A stretch of 63,063 nt of DNA, filler included, from Basidiobolus ranarum (GCA_040143965.1; 17 parts of 17 records of this genome joined end to end with filler, not necessarily neighbours in it), one strand, 5' to 3'; numbered from the whole stretch's first letter, positions 24,127 through 39,177 are shown. Notes: generated by a model from the letters alone, not told the origin. Translations and numbers: made by a program.

Positions 24127-27100
24127 TCTTTCTGATAAACTTCACCTGAATGAATACTTTTATAGCAAAAATGATGTGGAGAGGCTTGTATATTTTTCTC
24201 ATGATTCTATTTTCAAGTTTTTGGTGATTTGAAGCTAGAAACATCTCTATTTCCCCAACAAAGGCATTGGTCGTATTCAATGTAGCCTCTAGAGGAAAAA
24301 AGTACCACTGGGGTTTGTGATACTTTCCATTATATGCTGCTCTTTGGAATATCTCTGCAAATTCGAATATTAAATCGCCGATTCAAGCTAACAAACCTCC
24401 TGTTCACAACTTGATACTACTGCTAGATCTCAGAAGATGTATAATGTATTCATAATACCGGCATAATAATTGTCCTAATAGTAAGTCATTGCAATACGGT
24501 AATGTTGTATGAAGACAGAGAGAAGCGTAATATAGATTCTGAGACCTAGAGACCTGACCCCTTGTGACTTCAAAAGCAGTACGAAAGGTCATTGTTGAGG
24601 TATACCGCATTTGCTATACAATACAGTGTGATAACAGTTAACAGAAATTAAGGTAGGATCTCAAGCAAGTAAGATGTGAAGCAAGGAAGATTCTACTGTT
24701 AGGAGCTGTTCATTGGTGTTGCTTAAACAGAACAAGTTAATGTTGGAAATTGGTCTTCTTTTAGGCAAATGGTCAGAAATTCGTAGGGCTAAAGATATCA
24801 ATTGTACTTCATCTGTCTAGATTGAGGTAACCTCCCTCCATAAAAATAGCGTATTCAAATGATAACCAGATCGGTGAGGTTGGAAATGCTGGTTAGCATT
24901 CCATGTCACATGGCGAAAAGGTCCATAATATTTGGAAGTAGTTGTCTTATTGTTGTTAACCTCACCATTATATATCTGGAAGTAATGTTTCATAGTAATA
25001 CCATGATCTGTACTAGGTAGAGCTATCCTAATACAAGTCCGAGGTAGGCTTTATATCGTCTAAAAATGTACGCCAGAGGTGAGCTTTATATCGTTTAGTT
25101 CCTAGTCATCTACCAATTAGATTTGAATTATGATCTCATTTTTCTCGATCGTGGTGGGAATATGTTAGAGTTAGAAAGCTGGCTAAACCGGATTATGAGC
25201 TATAAATCTGGAGAGCATAGTGTTCGTACATACACACACATATGTATTTAGTAGATCACTTTAATGGTAAGCCTTAAGCAAGGCGCTTTCTACAGCACCA
25301 GTATACGACAGATTTCGAGATCAAAACTCTTTATATCTGTTAGCCAGTTACATTCAAGATGAATCTGGGTCGGGGTAGTATTCTTGTGGAAACACTTAAT
25401 TAGTAGAATTCTGTTTCAAACAAAATTAGTCCATCACTTTCCATTACAAACTATTTGTATTTTGTTACCGCTATATTCCTGGTTATCAATTCAGTGCAAG
25501 TTCACTTTGATCAATGGATGGGCTTGATATGAGATCTACTCTGTACTGCTTAAATCCTGCCTGTTCTTTGTCTTTAATTCTTGGTGTTGCCAGTTGCCTG
25601 TTTGGGGTGTATTCTCAAAATTTAGCACCAATCTCAGAACTGGTTACGATATAATACTATAAAAAGAGTACTTTCCAACAGTAAAAGTTCAAGTCGGATA
25701 ACCGCCGCAAATAAACAATCATAAATCCATAATCCTGAGATGTATCTAAACTTAACTACTTACCAAGTACTCAACACCGTATTATCAAAGCTGACTGAAA
25801 TGGTGATTGCGTGGTTTGTAGTATTGTTTGCTACTGCCACCGGAAACTACCAAATTGGCCAGTTGGTTCCCAGAGGGGTAATTGACACCTTAGCTGGTGT
25901 TGGTGGCCGACATCGCATATACTACTCCTCGTTAATAAGTGTAGTGTTCATCNNNNNNNNNNNNNNNNNNNNNNNNNNNNNNNNNNNNNNNNNNNNTTAA
26001 TTAATTAANNNNNNNNNNNNNNNNNNNNNNNNNNNNNNNNNNNNNNNNNNNNCATATTACCCCCCCTCAACCAGAGACTAGAGATGTACCTAGAGACACT
26101 GCACACACTCAAACTGGTCACAATCCTTTTCATATTCTGTATATTCCTCAAGTGGGCAGCTTTACCTAATGGTTACTACCTGGCCGCGTACGTTCCTTCC
26201 ACTTTAGATGCTTTGTTTAATGTATAATCAAATATTGAGTCCCTTATTTTCAACTCTTACGTATTTCCTCCTTTTAATGACCCATATTGACACTTTTAAA
26301 GCGGTAGTGCTAACATTGCTAATGAGGGATGTAACCATTTCTGACAATTCTCTCCCAAAGTGAATTGTACTAGGTATGAATTTGTATTGTCGTGCTTATT
26401 TGGTAGCCAAACGGCTATAGATTTTAAACATCTTCACCAATCATCCATTCTCTTCCTTATTTTATATCGCTTGGGCTTGTATAAATAAATTTTGTGTTAA
26501 TACAATCGCGCATACTGCAGTTTGTTTACTTGGTGGAGGAATCTAATGTATCTGTATATATGACTATTTTGCTTAATTGGAGGAGATATTTATCTTCTAC
26601 TATACTGGCAGCAATCTTGGCACGACAAGACTTGTGTAGCCCATTCATGGCTAATCAGCTACTAACATGATTTCAATTGTACTTACATTTAACCTGAAGA
26701 ACTTTAATGGATATAATGCTTTCACAAATCGATCGAATTTTGATTTCAAGCACATTGGCAGACCTATATTTGGGATTTATTTCCTACTTGGGGGAAGTAC
26801 TGATGGCATCAGATTGAAACCCGGTGGAGATGTGGGGAAGCTGTTGCCTAAATTGGTGACTATAATTTATATAATCCTATGGGTTTATCTGACTAAGCAA
26901 TGCATCTCAATAAACTTTAATGAGCGAATAAATCAAACCTATATGTCAACCATATTCAATACAGTACAGTATGATGAACCTGATCTATATGTAATATTTA
27001 AATAAAATGTACTTCCTTATATCAAACAATTTTGATATGTTCAAGTATTGCAATCTCCATGATTGTTGAAATCTTAAGATAGGTGTAGAATTAAAAATGG

Positions 27101-27476
27101 TAAATTTTATGTAGCTGGTACTTAACCTGCGCAGTGGGTGTAGTTTCTAATCATATATATTTATATGCTATGTTTGAAAAGCTAAGTGATCAATCAGTAC
27201 TAAATGGAACCTGGAAAGACTATCAAAATGATCTCCTAGTCTCTACAAAATTTCATGGAAGAAATGCCTACTCCAGTATAAAGCATATTCTAATGTATAT
27301 TTGTGCTCTAGTTAGGCTTTAATCAATGAATGCAAATCTGCTTCAATTTTTGAATCTTTGAAATATCTCCAAGTGAACCACAATAAATATTGAGACTTGG
27401 ATATGCACTTTATTCGATGGCATATGATTACTTTGATGCAATATACCTGTACTGTTGAATTGTATATATTATCATA

Positions 27477-28150
27477 TGTTGAAGTATTTTGGGAGCTGTT
27501 GAAAGTTACTTGAAGAACTAGAAGAATTAATGGTTTGCACTTCATGACTAATTGAATTTAAGTTGACATTTATACTTTTGTCAGGAAGTAAGCAAACCAA
27601 CCTGTAGAGTATACTTGTTAAGGTCCCTGATTTTAAAGTATTTGGGAGCCTGTTGGAGGTGGTTTGGAGAGTTAGAGAAATTGGTGGTTTTCACTTGTTG
27701 ATTTATTGAGTAGAAAGTTGACATTTATAGTTTTGTCAAGATGTAAACAAACTAGCGTGGATAAGGTGTTAAAGAAGGTCCTAGGAACATGTGTGCAAGT
27801 TTTGGGGCTTCTAGCACAAGTTATCAAAATCTATATATCTGAGAACTTCTAAGTTGGTGTCAATATTCCAAGTAAATTCCTCATGAGAATAATAGATAAT
27901 ATCTTAGTTCAATATAAGATAACTAAGTACTAAGCTATATATGACTATATAGGTGCTTAGGGAATGCCAATTTCAACACCTGGAACATGTGAAAGAAGCT
28001 TAGTGTCTCTTGGACAAGTTTGAGAAAATCATATAATCCTTAAACTATCAAGTTGGTAAAATTTTCGAAGTAAATTCCGAGTGAAGATATTGAATGATAA
28101 CCTAGCTTAAGCATCTATATAGTCATATAGGTAGCTACCTAAATTTCACT
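27477..28150 (-). mobile_element. Nested solo LTRs: family A copy (27631-27978) inserted in an older related LTR
   Basis: The outer copy starts TGTTGAAGTA at 27477, is interrupted at 27630 and resumes at 27979. The inner copy is flanked by CCTGA/CCTGG. Confidence 0.85.
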
Positions 28151-29432
28151 GTCATTTTCAGCATTATATTGCCTAATGAAGTAGAATATATTGTTGTCCC
28201 GAGGTTGCATTGTGAAAAGTAAAATTCCCCAAGCTAGAAGGGAATTAAACAGTTATCAACACTGCAAGTATTCAACATTCATCAAACTCTAATGTCAAAC
28301 TTCAAAGAGTGGAAAAATTGACAGTACAAGAACTGTTCTATTCATCATCACTCTTACCAAGACCATGGGGGTACTTCAGAAGTTAACTTATGATCTTGCA
28401 GAGTGAAATTAAAGGCTTAGATGTTGCTGACAAATTCTAACACTGTACCTGAAACATTCCTGGATACTCTATGCAGAGAGTGGCAGGTGACCATTGGCTA
28501 TAACAATTTCAACCAATCATATGTACTTCGCAGCATTACATTATGCTTATTCAACTTACTTGACCCATCATGTGCCGAAGACTCAGTCATCAGGATTTCG
28601 ACAAATGTCATGGAAAACAATAGTATGCAAGCAAATGTGAATGGAATCTCCTTTAATCAGACAATGGAGCGGTTCCTAATTTACTACTAACCTCGTGTCT
28701 TGTTAACCTGCGTTGTAAAGATCCACCTTCATGATATTGGAATTTTCATCATCAGGTCAAATGAGAAGCGAAACATGATAGTTGGTTTAGTTATAAGCTA
28801 GCCAGGCATTGCAGCTGCTTTGGTCTCATGTTTCAACCCATATCTCTTGATAATGTGTGTCCCGATCATAGGAATGGCAGCTCTCAATACAGCGCAGTGC
28901 TTTGCCATATGGACAATGGCAGATTATTGTATGGTCAATGATACAGCTATATGCATCCTTTGCAACAAGCCATCAAATGGAAATACTTCTTACTCTCAAA
29001 AGCTACTGAGTTGGTCTCATGTTTTTGGAATACCTTTCCAAATATGGCTTTACTCTCTTTCAAGAATCCTAAATATGGCACAATACCTTGGCACTATGCT
29101 GATAATATAGCCAATCATGGTACACTCGAATCACTTGCCGCAGTAAAGAGAATGTAACAAATCGTTTTCTCTTATCCATTAACAAAGGGGAAAATTGCCA
29201 TAGCCAGTTTATTAACAAAGATCTCCCATATTGGGTTCGACTTGCTCCACCACACATGAGTCCATGGAATTGTTGGCGATAATCCATTATCACTAGAATT
29301 TATTTTTAAGGATGACAAAAAAGTACATATCGAAGAAGTGGAGGGATGGAATTAAAAGAATATGAAAATATATACACATCTTAAAGTATTACTGCGAACG
29401 AGGAATGTGTAAGAATACAGCTACAATCCCAT

Positions 29433-29669
29433 TTAATTGGCCTCTCCACGGAGTCTGCGAGCAAGTTGAATATCCTTGGGTTGAATGGTAACACGCTTGG
29501 CATGAATGGCGGCCAAGTTGGTATCTTCAAACAATCCAACGAGGTAAGCCTCGGTAGCTTCCTGTAGAGCACCTATGGCGGAGGCTGGGAAACGAAGATC
29601 AGTGTTGTATTCTTGAGCGATTTGACGAGCGAGTCTTTGGAAAGGATGGGGCGGGCTGAGCAACTCAGG
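29433..29669 (-). CDS. Divergent histone H3, C-terminal half (5' truncated)
   Basis: [68 protein letters not shown]. Confidence 0.93.
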   Translation of the reverse strand, partial: PELLSPPHPFQRLARQIAQEYNTDLRFPASAIGALQEATEAYLVGLFEDTNLAAIHAKRVTIQPKDIQLARRLRGEAN

Positions 29670-30676
29670 NNNNNNNNNNNNNNNNNNNNNNNNNNNNNNN
29701 NNNNNNNNNNNNNTTAATTAATTAANNNNNNNNNNNNNNNNNNNNNNNNNNNNNNNNNNNNNNNNNNNNGTAGTACAAGAGTATTATGAGGCAACTCAAC
29801 GGTGTGTAAATGAAATGATTTCATTTGAAAGCTGATTGGATGGCACATATACTCTGCAATACAAACATGGATAGAAGAAAGTTGAGTAGATGTAGACAAA
29901 TAGGTATCCAGAGATTGTGATACGTTGCCTAGTTACTCAGAGACAAGCTTATTTGATTTAAGGTAGGTTGTGCCTAAGGTTGGCTGTCTGTCAGTACGAA
30001 CATTACTGGATTGAGATCGGCTCGTAGGGTTCGATTCGAATGTAGGCAGAGTTCGTGTCTAGACTTTGCACATATACATATATTAGCCTGATTATCAGGT
30101 GTTTGCGCAAACATGGATGCTCTGACCAATGTGGCCTTGGAAACAAATAAATCTCACCGAAACTTGTGGCTCAAACTGTGTGTATGAACTCTAAGCGTAC
30201 TGACAAACCGAGGTTTGCACGATTTGGGAGTATCATTTAAAAGCTGGATTTTAGATTGCCCGTCCTAATAATCTGGATTTATATAAAAGGTAATCTAATT
30301 AAATACATATCTCATTTAGACCCCTGATCTTTCCTGACGATTGATTGGACGATGCACCTCATTTCATATGCTAATAAACGTTTATGATTGGCTTGTACTT
30401 TCAGCGGGGGTTAATTAGGTTTGAACATCACGCACACCGTAGTATTTGGGCTGTGATTGCTGCATACTCTAAAGGTAATTTGATATCTCTTCTTAAATCA
30501 AAACCCTATTGCTTCAAAATGCATATGAATAGTATTAAGAATTCTGTAATTGAAAAGGGAAATTTCCTTAGTCTCACCACATTCTCCCTATCAGAGGGTA
30601 CCCTTGCCAGGTTTTCTCTATTTGTGTCTCATCGTTTTTCAGCTATCCTTTGTTTCTTTCCAGTTCATCTTCAGAC

Positions 30677-32066
30677 ATGCAAACCGCCTTGGAGAGTTCC
30701 TATTTCAACGTTGAAGACGGTTACTTGGAGGGTATTGTCCGTGGCTTCCGTGGTGGTATTCTCAATAGTACTCAGTACCTTAACTTAAGCCAATGCGAGA
30801 ACTTGGAAGGTGCTTTATTGTTTCTCTTTGTACATTCCCCTGCTCTTTATATGACTTTTTCCCTTCTACTATTGCCATTTTAACCGTTGGTTCTTCTCGT
30901 TTTACTGCATGAGTACACGTTGACTAACAGCGGTTTCCTTTGTATTGACTTTAGACTTCAAGCTTCAGTTGGCCTCCACCGATTATGGTAACTTCCTCCA
31001 AAACGAGCCTTCTCCTCTTGCTACCTCCGTTGTTTCCGAGAAGTGTACCGATAAGCTTGTTCAAGAATTTGAGTATGTCCGTACTCAGGCCGTACCTCCT
31101 CTTTCCAAGTTTCTTGACTATTTAACGTATGTCAATTGGTTGCCTACTGTTCTTGTCTTCAAAATCTCACCATATTCTTTTTATGTAGTTATGCTTATAT
31201 GATTGATAACGTTATTTTGTTGATCACTGGTACACTCCATGAACGTGATACCCACGAGCTTCTCGATAGATGCCATCCTTTGGGCGTCTTCGATTCTATG
31301 CCTGCGCTATGTGTGGCCACTAACGTATCCGAACTTTACAACACTGTCATCGTGGATACTCCCTTGGGTTAGTAGAGATAATATATGTTTTAGCTCAAGC
31401 CTACGATATTAATCCACCAATTTTCTAGCACCCTACTTTAAGGAGTGTTTGTCAGCTAATGATCTCAATGAGATGAATATCGAAATCATTAGAAATACTC
31501 TTTACAAGGCCTATCTTGACGATTTCTATTACTACTGCCTTACTCTAGGCCCTACCACCGCCGAAGTTATGGGAGAAATCCTTCAGGTATGTTGAACAAG
31601 TCGCAGAAAGCCCCTACCCTAGTGTGATGACTGACCAGTTTTTTTGTTGCAGTTTGAGGCCGATCGCCGAAGCATCAACATCACCATCAACTCATTTGGT
31701 ACTGAGCTTTCCAAGAGTGACCGTGCCAACTTGTTCCCCACCATTGGTCGTCTCTACCCAGATGGTAGTGCTAAGCTTGCACGTGCTGACGATATCGAAC
31801 AAGTCAAGGGTGCCTGTGAAGTTTTCTCTGAATATCGACCATTCTTTGATAATTCATTACAAGGACAGTCGAAAACATTGGAAGACAAGTTCTTCGAGTA
31901 TGAGGTTCACCTAAACAAACTCGCATTCTTCCAACAATTCCATTACGGAGTGTTCTATGCTTGGTTAAAATTGAAGGAGCAAGAGATCCGTAACATCGTT
32001 TGGATCGCAGAATGCATTCAACAACAGCAAAAAGAAAGAATCAATAACTACATCCCCATCTTTTAA
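30677..32066 (+). CDS. VMA6: V-ATPase V0 subunit d (complete, 5 exons)
   Basis: [91 protein letters not shown]. Confidence 0.97.
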
Positions 32067-33259
32067 CCAAGTAGTGATCCACTTCCTAAACATAAAGGAA
32101 GTTGACTTCGTTTTTGTTAGTTAATCTATTCTTTCCCATCAATAAGGTCATTCACTTTCAGGGGAGAAGGTCGGAAGTGATTTGACTGAAACTTATTTTC
32201 CAATTATTAATTCGCTCACTACGAGCTTATGGAGAAATTCTAATTGTCCTAAGATACCTACACTCTTTTACCTTTTCTTTACAAATTCTCACCAAACACT
32301 TTTCTCCTAAAAACAAACATATAAAGATTCAATTGTTACGAGATATTCGTTCCATCGTTCATCCCAATAGCCCATACGCCACTGTAAACTGAAGTGATCA
32401 TCCTTGGAATGCCCCCCCCCACTCAGGTGGATCTGTTTCCCAATGAAAATACAGACAATTCCTGTATTCTTTGCAGGGAACTTTGCCTTAATATTCCAGT
32501 GGTTTAGCCACCAATTGTGTATCAAGATATAGTTCTTTGTACCACACACTGTTTCTTAAGGAATATCTAATACTCATAAAATAGTTTCTAGATTGTGTCA
32601 GGGTGTGGGAATCCTAGGTCAGATAGATTTATCGATTGTTCTAAACAATCTAGTCGAAGTTAATATGGAAAAGAAGGCTGCCCATTGATTTCATGGGTAT
32701 AACATGGTCAGATTCTTGAATCTTTACTCGTCATTAGTCAAGTGATTATAATTACTACTTTGAAATTCATTCTTGATAATAGTGATCATTTATTAATCCA
32801 ATATCTGCATCTCGAGCATCATTGTCTATAATTAAGTACTTGGTGTTTCAATAGTAGTGGGATATCGATGCTGCAGAGTTGGCCTTGTCTAGGAAGTGTA
32901 AACTAGTTGGAAGAGCAGTGTGAGTTTTTTACCTTGTACTATGGACTTTTGAACTCATCTAGCTTACTTCTGAGATGTATGATTGTGATATGATATGGCT
33001 TTCCATGGTAGGATTTTTTTGTAACAAATACCAATACGAGTGAAACTGAATTTTACCTTCATTACTAGAGTAAGCTAGATATTAGTTACAGTAATTGTGT
33101 AACCAAAAGAGTAAGTCTTTTATGTAAAAGATAAGGTTATGCTTGTTCAAGCCTAACACACCTTACTTCATATCTCTAGAGCAAAACTACTATCTAACAT
33201 GCATTTACTAAATTTACTGGCAAAGTGTAAATCTTAGAAATACAAATCTTGCTGCTTAT

Positions 33260-33385
33260 TGTTAAAGTATTTGAGAGCCTGTTGGAAGTGGTTTAGAGAA
33301 TTAGAGGAATTGGTGGTTTTCACTTATTGATTTATTGAGTAGAAAGTTGACATTTATAGTTTTGTCAAGATGTAAACAAACTAAC
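33260..33385 (-). mobile_element. Partial LTR (family A), cut by the contig end
   Basis: Matches the first ~125 nt of the 27631 and 38850 copies. Confidence 0.85.
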
Positions 33386-33485
33386 NNNNNNNNNNNNNNN
33401 NNNNNNNNNNNNNNNNNNNNNNNNNNNNNTTAATTAATTAANNNNNNNNNNNNNNNNNNNNNNNNNNNNNNNNNNNNNNNNNNNN

Positions 33486-33664
33486 TAAGTGATATTTGAC
33501 TAAATAATGTTGACTAACTAATATGTGATATATGAAATAGTTAGGTGTATAAAGATAGGGATAACATATATGATAAAGACAATAAACTTCAACAATCACA
33601 AGTAGTAATTGTTAGTTGAAAACCGGGATGAAAGTTCCTCCAAACAGCCTATATTTTCCCAATA
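33486..33664. mobile_element. Fragments of the contig-1 LTR family
   Basis: 33486-33594 is the reverse complement of about 1397-1505, and 33631-33664 matches 1741-1774. Confidence 0.8.
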
Positions 33665-36600
33665 CATTTGGTATGTGGAGCTTTTGGGTAAATTTATGTG
33701 GACCAGCCAGATGTGTTTGGTATCCTGGAAAACTCTAAGAAAGTATGCTCACACATGAAGGCACTGCTTGACTGAATATAATCTCCTAGAGCTAGGAATG
33801 GAAAATTACAAGCTTTATGCAAAGTATTGGAGTTCAAAAAGAGTAATGTGGACTATAGTATATGCTTCAGACCAGATATGTCATGCACTGAATTATTAGC
33901 CTTGTGTTCATGATCTCATTACACCAAACAATGACCTAAGTCTTGTATTCATATCATATAATTGCTTGTGAACTAACAACATAAGTAACATGGTTAAGAA
34001 ATCTCATAGCAGATCTTAGCTGCTCTCAAGATTTATCACCTACAATATTTCAAGATAATCAAAATTATACAAAATTGCCTTGAATTCATATACCTCATAT
34101 TCTATGCAAGTCAATCAATACTTGATACTGTTACAATAGAGAGACTGTAACTAAGATCAGATTGCCTTTACTTTTTGTTGAACAAATATCACAATGCTTG
34201 ATATGATGACCAAGTAATCAGTTAGGCTGAAATTTGAGAAATTTGAATCTTGTGAGAGATTAGCTTATTAACATATTTGGTGGAGGGGACTAGCATAGCT
34301 AAACATCTGTAGAGTCATGTTTAGTATAATATCTGGTTATTCCATATATCAATAGAATATAACTTACAATTCTGATTCAGAATTTACTTAGAATACTTTT
34401 ACTGGCTCATTAGTCCTCAGATTGATAGATTTTTGAAATGTGTTATATAGGCTCCATACTTGGCACACTCATTTCTGGCATGTTCCTTAAAATGTTGGAT
34501 GTACTTGTTTACTTACCCTTTGCAAATCTATAAATAATAGTTTTCCATTTGAAATATCAGTTACTGAAATGACTCATCCTTTAGTTCTCCAACTGACTCA
34601 TAATAACTCCTACAGTGCTTCAATTTCTGTCTTTCCACCCAAATTATCATGGTTCTTCCTCAAGTTTCTGCTAGGCATCTCTTGAGCTTGCATCAAATTT
34701 GTTTATTTAATATCATTCTCAAAATCATTTTGAAGCATGTAGCATTCTAGGTTTCTGCATTATCCTTAGTTTCCTACAAATGCTTCTTTAACTCCAACAG
34801 TTGCATGAAAATACCTTACTATGAATTCTTAGTACAAGATAGATACACCAAATATTTCATCCCCTGGGATGCTTCACTTTTATATATAATCTGTCTACTT
34901 GAGCAATCATGAGATTGTAACATCAACAAGCCTATGATTATATGATTCTATATTATAATAGCAAAGAAATATATATCTTAGGCTGCAAAGATCAACTGAG
35001 AGCTTCCAAGTTAGTAAGAATATTCTAAGTAAATTCTTCTAGATGATAGTGGGAGATATCTTGGGGAAATATGGAATCAATATATACTAGGCTATATAAG
35101 AAGATATAGGCATTTAGAATATCTTTTCCTCAACATTATCAATACAGAATGTAGGGCTATAGATATGAAGCATTCAGATTTCTGATATATGTTTCCTAAC
35201 TAAAGTTTACAAAGATGTTGAATGAAGATTAATTATCCAATAATACATAATTGTTGTCCCATATAGATTTCATCACCTTCAATGCAAAAAATTGAGCTTG
35301 GAAGAGCAGATCATGGGAAATGATGAACATACTTGAAGCTTAAAAACAGAGAGCTTCTGTCAAGGCAAAAAGGATATGAAATAAAAGTAGATAATTCTAT
35401 ACAATATGCAAACCAATCCTGGAAGAACCAGTTTTTATATGTCAAATGGCATTCCTTTATAGGTCAGATGGTGCAAAGTATGGCTATACTATGATTTGGG
35501 TATTTAAAACATGATTTGAACCTAGTTTTCAGCAAAGGGGGAAGAGGTAGTTATATCAAAAATATTAGTATATTTTTGAATAGTTTGATAGAGATATTGG
35601 ATACTAATTACAGAGAAGGTACAAAAGTGGGGGGACTACTGCAAACGCAACTAGGTAATGACTACTAGCCAATCAGCCATTATATGTGGCCTATAAGCTT
35701 TCCACTTTAAACTGCAGTTAAGTTTGGCAAATCTGAATATTTATTATGCAGAGTGGCATTTGAAGCAAATAAGAAATAACCAGAATCCGTGGTTGAAATA
35801 TTCACATAAATATTTTCTGATGATGAGTAATCGAGTCATGAGTCATTGGGGAATCTATCAAACGAGTTTCGCTAAGTGAGGATAAGAAAGGTTCGATAAA
35901 ATATGGATCTATTGATTGGTAACCAAGAGTACAGATTTAACTGTAAATCCCATGCAATAAAACTTTACCTGCCAGTCAGTCGGATGAAGCAAGCAATACT
36001 GGCACTCACCCCTGCTAATGATAGTGATCCATATTGATCCTCCACCATAAAATGATCACATGGATAATGTCCATGTGAAAGTTAGACAGAGCTAGGTTCA
36101 CGATCAGAATGATCGTTGTTGATATTGCCAACTAAGGAATGATGACTCGTTGCCAAGATGAGTAAATGTACTCCAGAGTCAGCCAGCCCCCATCACTAAT
36201 AAGAGGTTAATTCTACCGGCAGAATGGGATCCATCACTCTTAACGCATGGAAATTCCAATATGCCACCCTTGGGCATATTGAACAATGGAATCCATGGAT
36301 GGACCGGACCATAAAGCGTATCAATGCAACACATAGGGACGTGTTTAATGTATCAGTGATTTCACACATTCCACTGACACGGATCAGGTAAGCCCATTCA
36401 TAGATGGAATATTGAGGCACCCTCATCATCACATTTACTCTCGTGACCACCGGAATTTCTGGCTGTGTTTCGAATGAAGTGTGGATGTACGAAGATACGC
36501 ATTTACCTCGTAAATCAATCTCGCTTCCCATTTATGATGAAATACTTGTGAGAGTGATTTGATTTGGTAGGTATCACTTTGCCCACTGGTGGCGTTGGAA

Positions 36601-38849
36601 GTCTATTTTGGAGCATGTGGTGATGGGATAGGATAGGATAGAATACGTGAGCGTTACTTGCTGTTATCTCCACTGGTGATGTCTGGGGAGTGTACTACCA
36701 TGGATCCAGTTGATGGGTATTTTTTCTATTAAGTAGAGTACCACAAGGACCCCAGTCCAACACTCACGCATCTATGCTACACCATTTCCACTAAGCATCG
36801 GATGTTGACTATTTGAGAGTGTGAGTTGGGAGAAAATGGGCCCGGTATTTTATTTAGGGAATATATAGCTAGCTACATTCAAAGTGCAATAAACGATGAT
36901 TTTTGGGGATAAGTGCAGATAAACAATTTTTTAGCAATCCAATTAAGGTCTATTAGGCCTTAGAGTCTTGCATAACAGTCATAATAGCATACTGAGCGTT
37001 GGCTTAATTTTGGTGTTTAGGCATTTTTACCTCTTCCTTTCATTATGTAGAATGGTGATAATAGGTATGGATCATCATCAGCCTTGAAATGACTGGGGAA
37101 NNNNNNNNNNNNNNNNNNNNNNNNNNNNNNNNNNNNNNNNNNNNTTAATTAATTAANNNNNNNNNNNNNNNNNNNNNNNNNNNNNNNNNNNNNNNNNNNN
37201 TTTTCCATCAGCAGAAGAGTGAGATTTCGATCGAATTGTGCAAAGATAGGATGGGACGACCATTTCCAGAACTCATCCGGAACAGAATCGGTAAGTGTTC
37301 AGGAATAGAGCATGAGGTTTCATTGGTAAGATCCGCAATTGGTTCCGAGTAAATCGCCCAAAGAGATTCAAGATTCATGGATATCAATGGCGTTATATAT
37401 ATGCACAATAAGCTTGGCAGTGTTCAAAAAAAGGGAGTACACGTTGATCAATGAACTAAAATCGATCCATTCATATTTTCCAGAACTACCAAGCCCAGAA
37501 ATACTGGTATTTTATGGTTGATACTCAAGAATTGGAAGTAACCTTTCACGGCATGCCTTGTTGGATCAATATTACCTCATGTTCTTGGGCGCACTTGCCT
37601 TTCCTAGCCATTTCTATATTACTTTTGTTTCTGATTATTACAATTGTTGTTTCTTACTGTAATCGCTAACCCAAAATACGTAGGGAGTGGGAGGTGGGGA
37701 GGTGATCTGATGGTTAAATTGTGTATCCTTTTGTCACTGATAGATAGTAGATTCATGGTCATGGTCTAGACTTTGCACCTCATTGGCTTTCTACCTGTTA
37801 GAGAGTATGCTATGTATGGTAGGTTCACTTGATTGTTTGAGAAGAATTGGCCATTATCTTACCCTATTGTTCCTATAACGGGCTGCTACAGATGAAGAAC
37901 TCTGTGCGGTTCTCAGATAGCAGGTTTAGTATATGATATCCTTGAAATGCTTGTAATACTGTATTTGGGACTCATTACTGAGTCAACGATTGTGCTTGTA
38001 AGGGAGACAGGTTAGAAGTGATTTGAAAGGTTAGATTGCCTAGAGCTCTCATCCATTGTATTTCAGGAGAAGTGGAAGCGGAAGCGATACCGAAAAACTT
38101 GGTCATTCTTTGCGCCATAGAATTTGAAACCTAGCAGATTACCTAATGCATTTGCAAGTTGTAATTTATTTTGGATCATCTATCAGTTACTTATCTCAGT
38201 TTAGCTTCTCCCAAACATTCTCATGACACCACTTCTGGGGCGACAGCAGCAAAGCTGGAAACGGTTCAACTATGAGATGACTCTTCAACTGTTGTCCTGA
38301 TTCGTACTTCGATTGGTCACATTGAAGATAGGGTAGGATAGGAACTCTTCATTGTATGTTATACACAATACTAGCATCGAGCTTGTTACAAGATCATCCC
38401 ATTATTACTAATATGATCAACTAATTAAAGCGCTATAACTCACGCTCCATTTAATTAAGGATGATCGTACCGTACCTGATACATCTACTAAGAGTTACTT
38501 TTCCCCACTGAGATATTTATAGTTGTATGTCTGTGGAAAGATGAGATAGCAATGCATATCTACGCTTTTTGCGCTTCTTACTTACTCTTGAACACAATTT
38601 ACCATCAAAGGTGCCTCAAATTCTTATTCGAGGTTTACATAGTAGATTCTAACTTGCTCTCACTTCTTGATTTCATGATCTACAATGATACCCCACATTA
38701 GCTCATATATTGGAAAATTGGAGTAGTTGAGATTATATTACAAGAATTTCTTAAAAGCAACACAGAGCTACCTCTTGATCTACATGTATCAATCACTTGT
38801 TGACTTTAGACTAAAATTAAAAGTAGTTAATACTCCTGATACTTCCAAA

Positions 38850-39177
38850 TGTTGAAGTATTTTAGGAGTTTGTTGGAAGTGGTTTGGAGAACTAGAAGAA
38901 TGGGTGGTTTTCACTTATTGATTTATTGAGTAAAAAATTGGCATTTATAGCTTTGTCAAGAGGTGAGCAAATAAACGAGTAGAATGTGTTAAGGATAGTC
39001 CCAGGAACATCTGTGCAAAGTTTGGGGCTTCAAGGACAAGTTGGAAATTTATATATCTGAGAACTTCTAAGTAAATTCCGATTTCGCATAGTTCGTGATA
39101 TCTTAGTTCAATATGGAATAGCTAAATACTAAGCTATATATGGCTATATAGACGCTTAAGCTATGTAAATTTCAACA
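38850..39177 (-). mobile_element. Solo LTR (family A) with a perfect 5-bp TSD
   Basis: TGTTGAA…TTCAACA termini; CCAAA on both sides (38845-38849, 39178-39182). Confidence 0.95.

Noticed and set aside
29433-29669. CenH3/CENP-A
   Set aside because: Loop 1 has canonical length, the Q and F positions diagnostic of canonical H3 are retained, and helices 2-3 are canonical.
35950-36800. Decayed membrane-protein/GPCR-like gene (…LIVNLALSNF…)
   Set aside because: Only a short motif amid stops; no coherent model could be built.
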